Of a DNA stretch of 64,000 nt, positions 1 through 11,000 are shown one piece after another. The stretch's first letter is position 1. Every line of letters begins with the position of its first letter. The DNA comes from Paraspadella gotoi (Eukaryota > Animalia > Chaetognatha), in the NCBI GenBank assembly GCA_051294375.1, contig CM119268.1, forward strand, positions 2,540,063-2,604,062, given 5' to 3'. The notes beneath the pieces were generated by a model that worked only from the letters and a program-made list of their open reading frames with translations, made no database searches and had not been told where the DNA came from. The position numbers and the translations under genes were made by a program.

Positions 1-1802
1 CTAAAAATAATTGAAATTATAATTAATATGATAATAATTATGATTATATTTATAATTATGATTATAATTTGAAATTAACCTTGGGTAAGTTATCACTCAA
101 CTGCTTTTTTATTTTTAAAACATTGTTTTTCAATATAATTTCCTTACTTATTTTAATTTGATTTAAGTTGAAAATGGTTGACACCCATCCCTACAGATAT
201 TTGATGCTAAATTTGTTCAGCTAATTTCATATTATAAATATATTAGTATATAAGTTAGAGACTCTTCTTGATTAAAATTAATTTACTCTCGTCAGATGTT
301 TTGTACCGATCGACTTTGACGTCCTATAACTTTTGGACGCTTTGATAGATTTTAATGAGACCTGGACCAATCGCTTTATCTTTCAATATGCTCAGTTTTA
401 TGTTTTAATATCTTAGTGAAATTCATCTATCCAATATAATTTTTTCAGTGTGAAAGTGTCTTTTTTTTTTGTTGAGCCTCAGTGTACTACTCTAGATTTT
501 TAAGCCAGAAATTTGAATAATATATGCGTTTTATTTCGAATTCAACATGGTTGATTCAGTACAAACAGGAGCACCAGTGGTTTAAATTTATTTGGTGTTT
601 GAGTTAAATTTGACAAAGTTTATGACAATCATTTTTTATAGGTAGGAAAGCAAATACATCTTTAACTTCTAGTTAGATCAAAATTTGTAAACTTTAATTG
701 ATATAGATTAAAAGAACAGGAACGATGACGAAAAATAAGCGTAGTAAAACAATGTTTTTTAATTTTAAAAATGTTAGGTTCGTCATAGCCGGTGATTAGG
801 TTTGTATTTTCTCTTACTTTTTCAGTAAAATTGTCTAACCTTTCGAGGTCCAACGAATCTAAATCTAATAATTCAATGATCTAACGTGATCTATGTGTCT
901 TACTGCAAACTTTTTGGGGTGGGACTGACGAACCGACAAAGTGAATTGTAGAGTCGGGATCGGCAAAGCAGATCCGGCTAAAAATTATTTGACGATAAAA
1001 AATAAATAAGTTCGCGAGATATTTTTTTTGTTTCGTCAAGAAAGTGTTTCCTTTCTCCGCTTGACGTCGCAAGTAGTGTCAAAAACCAAAGGAAAAAATT
1101 TAAACAAATGAACAATTTTTTCGACTTCACTTTCGAAAAAAAATTGTAATTGTTATTAAATACAAAGTTTCGAAAGTTTAAACTGATGCAAAGTTATTCA
1201 TGGAATCACAAACATATAAATATATTTTGGCTTGAGAACTGACTATGGATTTTCAGTTGTCTTTCTCGTTTAGCCTCAGCGCTTTCTCTCTTGCTATCTT
1301 CCTTTTCCTCTAAAAATCTCTAAAAATTAATTTAAATATTGTAGACANNNNNNNNNNNNNNNNNNNNNNNNNCCAAAATATATTTATATGTTTGTATTCC
1401 ATCAATAACTTTGCATTAGTTTAAACTTTCGAAAACTTTGTATTTAATAACAATTACNNNNNNNNNNNNNNNNNNNNNNNNNNNNNNNNNNNNNNNNNNN
1501 NNNNNNNNNNNNNNNNNNNNNNNNNNNNNNNNNNNNNNNNNNNNNNNNNNNNNNNNNNNNNNNNNNNNNNNNNNNNNNNNNNNNNNNNNNNNNNNNNNNN
1601 NNNNNNNNNNNNNNNNNNNNNNNNNNNNNNNNNNNNNNNNNNNNNNNNNNNNNNNNNNNNNNNNNNNNNNNNNNNNNNNNNNNNNNNNNNNNNNNNNNNN
1701 NNNNNNNNNNNNNNNNNNNNNNNNNNCTGTCAAATTGTTTCTTTTATTTCAGAAAAAAAAATTATTTAATTGAAACCGAGACCAACTATTAATTTTTTTC
1801 AG

Positions 1803-2035
1803 CCTATTATCGTGAAAACCTTCGCCTCAGCCAGGCTATGGTTATGGCCGAAGGCTTCGGGAGTTGGGACAGAGAAGCCCTGATCCTCCCAAAAGCCTTC
1901 GCCCACCACACGCTCGACGATGGGGATAAAACAAATTCCTTGAATGCATTTATTTTTTTTCAGCGCCTGTCTGTTGCTCTACGAAGCAACGCAAACTTGC
2001 TTATAAACCGAGACGTTGACCTAACAAACTATTAA
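1803..2035 (+). CDS. Possible 3'-terminal exons of an unidentified gene (5' part lost in N gaps)
   Basis: Two GC-richer segments follow polypyrimidine-CAG acceptors (1802, 1963) and read ..YYRENLRLSQAMVMAEGFGSWDREALILPKAFAHH.. and RLSVALRSNANLLINRDVDLTNY-stop. No clear donor lies between them and no family is recognised. Confidence 0.3.
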
Positions 2036-2057
2036 TCTTTTCTTTAAATTATTCTTT

Positions 2058-2448
2058 AAAATATTAGGTATCAAATTTCGTTATTATTTTTTTACCGTAA
2101 TAAAGTTTACATTGATTACGATTTTTAAAGTAAATAAAATACTAATAAAATGGTCAAATGCGAGCGAGCAGAGAATTTTAATTGTTTTGATTATTTAAAT
2201 ATTTTTTTTAAATATTTTGGAACATTAAATTTTAAATATTTAAAAAAATATTTAAATATTTTTTTAAATATTTTGGAACATTAAATTTTAAATATTTAAA
2301 AAAATATTTAAATATTCAAAACAATTAAAATTCTCTGCTCGCTCGCATTTGACCATTTTATTAGTATTTTATTTACTTTAAAAATCGTAATCAATGTAAA
2401 CTTTATTACAGTAAAAAAATAATAACGAAATTTGATACCTAATATTTT
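2058..2448. mobile_element. Foldback/MITE-like palindromic element
   Basis: Near-perfect inverted arms of ~150 bp (AGGTATCAAATTTCG...CGAAATTTGATACCT) around a duplicated ~55-bp AT-rich core; AATATT lies on both sides. Confidence 0.8.
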
Positions 2449-2745
2449 GTTATTTTTAATTACTCTAATTGTCGTTAATTATGATTTTAAGACGTTTTAG
2501 TTTTGGACCCTGAAATAGATTTAAATTAATGTGCGTTTTTCTGTATATAGCTTCTAAATGTGCTAACTATAAAAATTGCAAGTCCTTTTTCCTGTTTTTG
2601 TGTATTTTTATTTTCAGAAAACTCGTCACTTTCTGGATTAGTCATTTGTTATTTTAGCATCGATTCAACAGTCAAATGCCATCTAAAATCACAACTGACT
2701 ACTATTTGAAAAAAAACAATAGACGTTGCTACTATAATTCTTTAT

Positions 2746-2748
2746 TAC

Positions 2749-2815
<67 letters not shown>
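2746..2815. repeat. (TAA)n microsatellite
   Basis: Pure trinucleotide run read directly. Confidence 0.95.
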
Positions 2816-2816
<1 letters not shown>

Positions 2817-2947
2817 TTAGCAGTATTTTTTTGATTTTTTAATAAGAAACTACATTTTTAAACTATCAAGATCTCCTAAGTCATGCCGGATTATATTATT
2901 GTCATGTTGAAAAGCTAAACCGAAAACCGAAAACCGAAAACCGCTCT

Positions 2948-3123
2948 TCAGCGGCAAGTCATTCGCCTCCCAACCCAAAGGTCCGGGATTCTATCCCGGT
3001 GGTCTCCTTGCTGTTATGAGGGACGGGGCGCTTAACTCGCCTGTAACACGAAGCACAGGGACTGCTTATATTGAACGGTTCTATCACTAACAGTAACACA
3101 TAACAATCATTACTGTCTCTTCA
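2948..3123 (+). mobile_element. Diverged solo/partial LTR of the tRNA-bearing TRIM family
   Basis: Aligns by eye to the LTRs at 11566 and 59970 (GGCAAGTCATTCGCCTCCCAACCCAAAGGTCCGGG...GGGACTGCTTATATTGAACGG...ACTGTCTCTTCA), with internal deletions and no following PBS. Confidence 0.85.
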
Positions 3124-3343
3124 ATATGAATAAAATGCATTCTATGTTTCTTGGTTTAATTAAACATTTGATTTTGTTAACATCCATCGTTATATTCGTT
3201 AACAACGAATTTTAATGACAGTTTTTGACAGACATGTTTCGACTCTGCATTTTAGAGTCTTCATCAGTTAATTATCGAAAAATTTACAACTTAAGTAATT
3301 CACTAATTGATTTTGTCGAAAACGAAGCTGGGTTCGCGCACAT

Positions 3344-4981
3344 TTACTTGGTTGGAGTAATGTTTGTTTGCATGGTTTTCATAAAGTTGTTGCTGTACAA
3401 TGACCCAATCAGGTTCTTCTTTTTGTACTCTCCTCTATCACCTATTCAAAAAAAATATTTAACTGTTAGTAAAAAGCTTTAATTTATTTAAAAAAAAATA
3501 CTTGTAAACATTTTCTCGTCCATGCAAGTTGCCTTACCGTATTGAGTTGAAAGAGGAGCTCCGTGTCCTGGACGGCCCCACATGTCGTTAAAAGCCTACG
3601 AAAGGATTTCAACGGTTAAAAAACAAAATGAAATCCTCGCTTTGGTTCTTTCTCCTTATCGGGTATTTTCCGGTTCTAAGCCCCCATTCTCTCTCTTTCA
3701 CAACGCACCTAGTGTTTCTATTCTATTTTTAAAAGTGAAGGAGCAAAAAACAAGGAAGTAGAAGTCGAGGTTACATCCATTGAGCTACCATTTCCTTGGT
3801 TTTCTTTTTATAATCGTGGAGATAATATAAAATAAACAATTGTCGAATCTCTCGTGCATTTTTTGTTTTCTTTTCCCACCCGTTCTGTAAATCCGGGTGG
3901 GAAATGCGCCGTACCGCGAGAGGTCAGAAACCACCTTCCCAAAACAATTTCTTTTTCCTGAAATCGGGAATTGTCGTTACGGCCTGTGACGGTACGACGA
4001 CTTGTCGCAGTGGTTCTTCCTTGTTTTTTTTGTTTTTTTTTTGTTTTTTTTACGAGAACAATTTAGAGAGAAGAAAACGCGAAGAACAAATAGAGCAAAG
4101 ATTAAAGTAATATCACGATAAAGCTGAGGCAAGCTCCCGAGTTATTTTATTAAAACATAAACTGATAAAGCGTCTCTAGTATTTTCCGTCATCTGTTCAT
4201 AAAGACTCGGAAAGAAAAAAAACCATAAGATTTATCATGAAGTTGTGATTTCACCTGCATATGAGTTTGATAGTCGGTGTTCTCGCGTTTGAACTCTGCT
4301 TCTCTCATTTTGCTTCTTTCTCGGGCTTGCTGTTCCAAATCGGTCAAATATGACTGGAAAATTGAGTTTAAAAATGACATAAATTGAGTTTAAATTGACA
4401 TAATTAACAGACGTCTTCATGATACAAAATTCTCGTTCCGTTTTTCTGACCGAAAATCGGTTCAGACCAAATCACTGAATCAAAATTCTAATACGATTTT
4501 GCATACATAATAAAACATATAACATACATAACACGAATGGGTCTATCCAGGCGATTTTAAATATTTTACCCCCCCCCCCGAAAAATTTGGTCGGCTGATT
4601 TAAGAGCGGTAAATCCAGTTTTGTGCTCCAGGCAACTGACCTTTGACCGCACCAGGTTTGCCGCCGGCCGTACGTAGGACGTACTATGCGCCGTCACGTC
4701 CGAGACGCCCAAGTGCTGGGGCGCTAGTTGACCGTACTCGTCGCGCTTTGGCCTCCCGATGAGACCGCTGTTGATTTTGCTGGCTAAATCGCCGTAACCT
4801 GTTGAAGATGGAAGTTAGACTGTGAGCCTTATTTCAACTCAAGGTAATCCACGCTCTATTCGTCGCCAAGCGATGCACTCGAAGAAAACCCAAAACAATG
4901 GAGAAAATCTAATCAGGCTCAAAATTATAAAATCGGACTTGAAGACGCGAATCAAAATATGCAAAGAAAAAATGGGGGAAG

Positions 4982-5012
<31 letters not shown>

Positions 5013-8000
5013 TATCGAAGGATCAATTTGCATCGATGAATTCTGGAGTTGGAAACGACGCTGGGGTGATTGAATAAAACATGAGACGGGGACGGAAGGA
5101 AAAAACCCCTTGGTTTTTTTTTTACCAGGTGATTGTTAATAAACGGTTTAGTTTCACAAGTTAAAAAAATTCGGTTAGTAAGAGTTAAGGGAAAGACTCG
5201 GCAGCTTTTGAAATGTATGAAATTGTGGCGAATCCTAAATTCGCCTCCCGTATAGCTTGGTGACACTCAGCTCGTCACATTGGCTTGGAGAGCTAAGTAC
5301 TCGTTCACCAACGTTGAGTTCTAGGTTTAATCCCTTTACGGTCATCCTGGTTAAAGTATAATGCTGTCGGCATAAACACTCTAGTGACATGGGGTGGTCA
5401 TTGCAGGTTCAAATCCCTGAGCTCCAGCTGTCAGGAGATACTTCACACCCCAAGTATCATATATTTCCCCCCTTTGTCATAAAATATTAAATTAAATGAA
5501 ATGAGAAAGGAAATGTAAGAGGAAATTGTGCAATGCAATTAATGCTGACTTCTTTTTACCTGATTTATGTTCTTGATCCTCCTTTTGTCTCAAGTTTTTT
5601 TGCTCGTCGATCAATTTTTCTTGTTCTGATATATATATAAAAAAAAAGCAAAGCAATACTTAAAATGTGACTTAAATGATAATAATTTTGAGATATTAAC
5701 TAAGAATTGTCCAACGAATTTTATTTGTTCAGATACGGACATGTTTCGCTTGTAATGTTCAATCCTTCATCATAACTCATTAAACAACGAAAAAAAGAAA
5801 GGAATATCTCATCGTGAGATATTAACGTGAAATTCGACTCCAGGTTCTACCTCAAATAAATATACGTGAACTTACCCTTGAGAAAGGATATTTTTGTGCT
5901 CGAGCCTGGCCCTCATATCGCCGGGTGGCACCCGGCGGCTTTCTGTGAACGAGCTGGCCTTGCGCGGTCTCTCCTCGGCGCCCCAGCTCCGCGTCCGGCC
6001 CCAGGGATTGTAAATCTCCTCCCCCTCATCATCGAAACGGGTTTGAGCGACGGGCTCGCCCTTTCGGTCCAGTTTGATCTCGTTGTCTCCTGAGGACGAG
6101 ATGAAAAAGATTATTGGTGAAAACGGTTGGAATTTATTAATGATATTGTATTACTATTGCTTATTACTATTAATTACTTAGTATTACTGGATTCTTACTA
6201 TGCCAACCTCACCCTGCAGTTGGAATTTATTAATAATATTGTATTACTATTGCTTATTACTATTAATTACTTAGTATTACTGGATTATTACTACGCCAAC
6301 CTCATCTTGCGGTTGGAATTTATTAATAATATTATATTACTATTACTTATTACTATTAATTACNNNNNNNNNNTTATTACTATTAATTACTAAGTATTAC
6401 TGGATTTTTACTATGCCAACCTCACCCTGCAGTTGGAATTTATTAATAAAAGAGAGTAGATTAATAATTAATCATGTTCTCTCTGAAATAATCTTTCAGA
6501 CTCGTAAACTCGGTCCGGTCACTCGTCAGGAGTTCTGGGCGTCTCCCCGTCTCTTCGAATATGAGTCGAAGGCCGTCTTCATAATTGAGCGTCGTCTTGC
6601 GGGTGGAACTGGTCGGCACATGGCGCGACGAGAGAAGAGTCCACGCAGCAAAAGAATGAAGTAATGTCCGGAATTAAATTTGATATTTCATGAGAAGACG
6701 ATGATCGGCGTTCCAACGTGTCGTTCAGTAAAGCTTCTTCATGTTCGTCTTTGAATTTTAATTCTCGCTGGGTTTATGTAGGCGAATATGTCGGTTGATG
6801 TAAATCGACCACTCGCGAACCTGTCTGTTGGTTACCTTTTTTCCCCTTCCTCCTTCAATCGATCAGTGAAGGGTCTTCAAGTTGGAATATCCCCACCTAT
6901 CCTTTGGTTCGTTAATTCCTTGGAAGCTTCTCATAAAAATAATTTTTTCCCCATTTTTTCTGAGTCTGCCTCCCGGTTGAATTTTTCTCTTCCCCGCTCC
7001 TCTCTGCGTTTTTTCCCCCGCTCCTTTGTGGCTTTTTCCTTTCCTTCTCCTTTCTGGATTTTTTTTCCTTTCCATGCTGCCGTTTTGTCCGATGTTCTTC
7101 GAAGGACTCTTTCGGAGTCATGTAGCCGGGGCAACGTCTTTAAATGGAGTGTCGGGAATCGGCTATCTTCGTCTCTGGCGCTCGCCCCGGCGTTAAAAAC
7201 GTAGCTGCGGAATTCTGGATTTCTGGCGGCCGTGGGACGACGGGTCTCGGGTGGCTGCCAATTCTCACGCTCTTTCACCTCGCAAAGCGTCTGTTAAAAT
7301 TTGTTTCAGCTTCTATGTTTATAAATAAAAATCTTTCGTTTTTAGGATCCCTGTTCTACTATGGTTCTCAGCAAATTCGTTACTGGGTGAGTCAGGCTCT
7401 TTTCTCGCTCTACGAGATCGTCGACGATCTCTTTGGTTTCTCCTGGTAAGAACGCCCGTTCGTTCACGATCTATCTTTTGTATCTGTTTATGAGTAATTT
7501 GGGAAATTTTGAAGTCTGCGTAATACCTTAACCCCTTAGATCGTCATACTAGGCGCTAAATGTTTGCGATATTAATTTTCGCGACGTCTCTACTTTGTTT
7601 GGGTCTAAACGCTGGTGGGGGCGCTCGCTGTCGCGCCGATTCCCGCTTCTCTGCATTCCCTGGCGGAGCGCTGCGGGTCTCTCCGGCTCCGGAGCGACTC
7701 TGTTTCCGCGTTACAGGTAATCGTTATCAGGGGTCGACGAATGATGGGGTTACTGCGTTCCACCATTTTAGTCCAGTTCTGATTCTCTTCATTTTTTTTT
7801 CAATATTTATCTTCATGAATTTTTTATTATATTTTTGCATAATAATTCCGGCGTCTCCCGGTGGCAGTAGTCCCGTTTTTCGTGTTTTACAAATCTATTG
7901 TATTGTTTCCTCCGTCAACATGTACATTTTTTTGAAGGAACTCATGAATTATTTTTAAAGAGATATTGAATGAGGGTGGGAAATTGAGGGCGGAGAGAAA

Positions 8001-11000
8001 CAGAATTTAATATCAAACCGCGACCTTTCTGCAGAACCGTCGTCAGAGATTTCGTCGATGGTTTCTTTACGGCACAAGAAATTTATGTCCTTTTTATACT
8101 TTTTCAGTTTCTGTAGAGATTCGGGATCTATTGAAATGTTGCCTCTGCTTATATTAAACAATATTTCGCAAATGGTTTAATGACGTTTGGGTCCGCCTCT
8201 TTTGATAAAATTTTTTGTTGCTTAGTAGTTAATGAGCAAATGTATTCTAAAACTGGAAATATTTTCCTTTTAATTTCATTTTCTCTTTTTTTCTTCTTAT
8301 CGTATTTTTCTCGCCCTATGCTAGACGATGGGTGGCGTCGTATCGGACGGAGATGTTGGCGTCGAAGACGCAAGAATGGGAACTCTGAGAAGAATCGATT
8401 AATAAAATGCTGGTAAGAGTCTTACAAGCATGCGTAGCTATCCATAAAAAAGAAATATTTATCCGGAAACAATTGTCTGCCTGAGTCGTTACCCAATTCT
8501 GTCCCTACATGTTGCGAAGTAGTATATTTATATGTGTGTTTCGAGAGACTATGGTAAAATTGGGAATGTTTCTGTAGAACAATCGTGTAAGCAATAATAA
8601 GCGTGAATCCTCTGTGATGCGGATAATTTTGTCATCATTCTCTGCAGAAGCTTTCCGGGTCGATGACGCCGATCTGGTCGTGCCAGCACAACCACCGCCT
8701 TTCTGTCCTTCAAGTTTTCCTCCCGAAATAAACTCTTCGCGAAGCCTTCTATGAAATTGATATTGTTGTTGCGGGGTTCGTGGAAGACCTCTGGTCGCAA
8801 TCGTAAAAATTAAGTAAATTATGTCGGGAAACCAAGGTGAGCAGCTTACCCCGCGTTGCGTAAAAATGTAGACAAAACGTCGTTTTTCCCGACCCCGCCG
8901 GATGTCAAACCGACAATGGCGATATTAGAACGAATGGGAAATGCGAAAATCGTAAGAGTCGTCACTAATTCCATTTCGAATTTAATAAATTAAAAATTTC
9001 TGTACGTAATGTGGGAGTGGGTCCCGAAGTTTCGTCCGGTTTCGCGGTCTGGTAATTGTCTGTACACCAAAACATATTTTTTAGTGAATTTAATGTTATC
9101 TAATAATTCGTGTAGTCCGCCCTGACCGTCGTCTTCTGGTCTTTTTGAATAATTGTATAAACATTTATCCGTTGCCTCCGAATTTCCTTTTATACCTCCG
9201 CGATTACCATGTTCGCTTTTTTGTATTTTTTTCTTGTAATGTCATAATTTCGTTTTGCATCGTTTGAATTTTAATATTTGTGGTCCTGCTGCGTTATCCA
9301 TTCGTTTCGAAGTAATTGCGCGTTTTATTTGTATTATGAGAAGTTCGTTTCTTTAGTATTAAGTTTTCGTTTTCGAGTAATTTTTTTCTGAACTCGTGAT
9401 TATTCGTTGGTAAATTGCCTTATGGCCTCGTCTAACTCGATAAATTTTTGGCGGTTCATATTATTCCGTTTGAATTTGATAATATGAAAAATTTCTAACC
9501 GATGCAGTCGAACGAATTTTAAATAATGCGGGTGATGGTCACGCTTTTAAATTTTCTTTTCTGTACTAACAGCCTTCTGTCGGAGTGAAATAAAAACTAT
9601 TCTTGTTATTGTTTTTTCTTTATGCAAAATTAGACTATGAATAGACATAAACAATAGTTGGAGAGTGGAATAGCTTTGGGAACCCGCATATTCCGAAAGT
9701 TTTTTTAATGGAGACGCTTCCTCTTTTGAGTGACAGAAGGTAAACATTGCCTCGGTATGACCTGGTCAACGGGTTGACGAGTTTTTGAAAGTATGGTGGC
9801 TAGGCGACTTTAACCCGTAAAAAAAATAAATATAGGAACCTTGATGGTTCTAGTTGTATGTTCCCGTCGGGGATGGCACCAGACGTCGATATATGTGGAC
9901 AAGAACAGGACGTCGGTGTCTCTTCTCTCTCTCTCTGCCTCTCTCTCTCTCTCTCGTCTCTCTCTCTCTTTCTCTCCATCTCTCCCTCTCTCTCGTCTTC
10001 TCTCTCTCTGATGTTCTGTTCGCGCGCGGGATAGAACCGCGGCGGTGAATTTGTCTCTCGCGCGCGCGTTTGACATGTTGACAGGTCGAAATCGTTGAAT
10101 TGTATGCACGACGGAAGGAACGATGCACACATAATGCACCTACTCCGGAGGCAAGTCATTTGGCCTCCAACCCAAAGGTCCGGGGTTCTAGCCGGTGGTC
10201 GTCTGGCAGTTAAGAGGGACGGGGCGCTTAACCCGCCTGTAACATGGTGTTACAGCCTGATCCAAGCTCAGGGACTGCTTATATTGAACGGTTCTGTCAC
10301 TAACACATATCAATAATTACTGTCTCTACATTGGTGATCCGACTAAAAGATAAGTAACCTTCTGAAACTACATTATAACTGATTGATTGATTTATGATTT
10401 TGATTGATCTAGTGATTGATCGATTATATTTTATTTATCAATCGTAAATTGGCGGTTTTAACTAGCGAATAAAATCCTGCTCAGTTTCACGGCCATCACG
10501 ACAACGTATCCACTCAACAACCAACACGACTTCAACCTCAAAGACAAGCACGTGCAAGACAATACCATCGTCTGGGTTCTGAAGGAATAGATATATATTG
10601 TATTAGATGTCTAAGATCTAACTATCAGTCATTCGCGAGATCCGTGATTGTTAGATAACGGTTATCAGCACTATAACCAAATCATCACCAGTTGGTCACT
10701 GTTACGATTAATCACAAACTTGCCTAACAGCAAGTAATCATCAAAAACAAAATCATCAACAGCTGGTTATTTTTCATGATTTAACCGAGCTTGCCTAATA
10801 GCAAGCAATCATCATGACACTTTGACCAAACAAATCATTTTCCCTATCTCCCTACTTCCTTTTGTAAAATTTCTTCCCAAATATTTTTTTGAAGAAGAAT
10901 ATATGTAAATATTTATTGTAGAAGACAACCCCTTTTTAGTGGGTCCCCCAATTGTTTTCTCCTAGACCTTATTGTTTGCCCAAATATTCCCCAAGGAGAA

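Larger units (their letters stand above)
6449..9800 (-). mobile_element. Degenerate Maverick/Polinton (adintovirus-like) fragment
   Basis: Intronless, tightly packed, frameshifted minus-strand ORFs in a Maverick-like order: unknown ORF(s), packaging ATPase, small basic protein, two unknown ORFs, retroviral-like integrase. Polymerase, capsid genes and TIRs were not identified. Confidence 0.85.

Noticed and set aside
540-1311. Short minus-strand exon-like segments
   Set aside because: Splice-like signals exist, but no coherent or recognisable protein could be assembled.
1146-1457. 85-bp inverted repeat (1146-1230 versus 1373-1457)
   Set aside because: The second arm is an isolated fragment between two N gaps and cannot be distinguished from misassembly.
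5250-5470. B-box-like motifs (also GAGTTCGAATCCC near 56826) as tRNA genes
   Set aside because: No cloverleaf; at most decayed SINE remnants.
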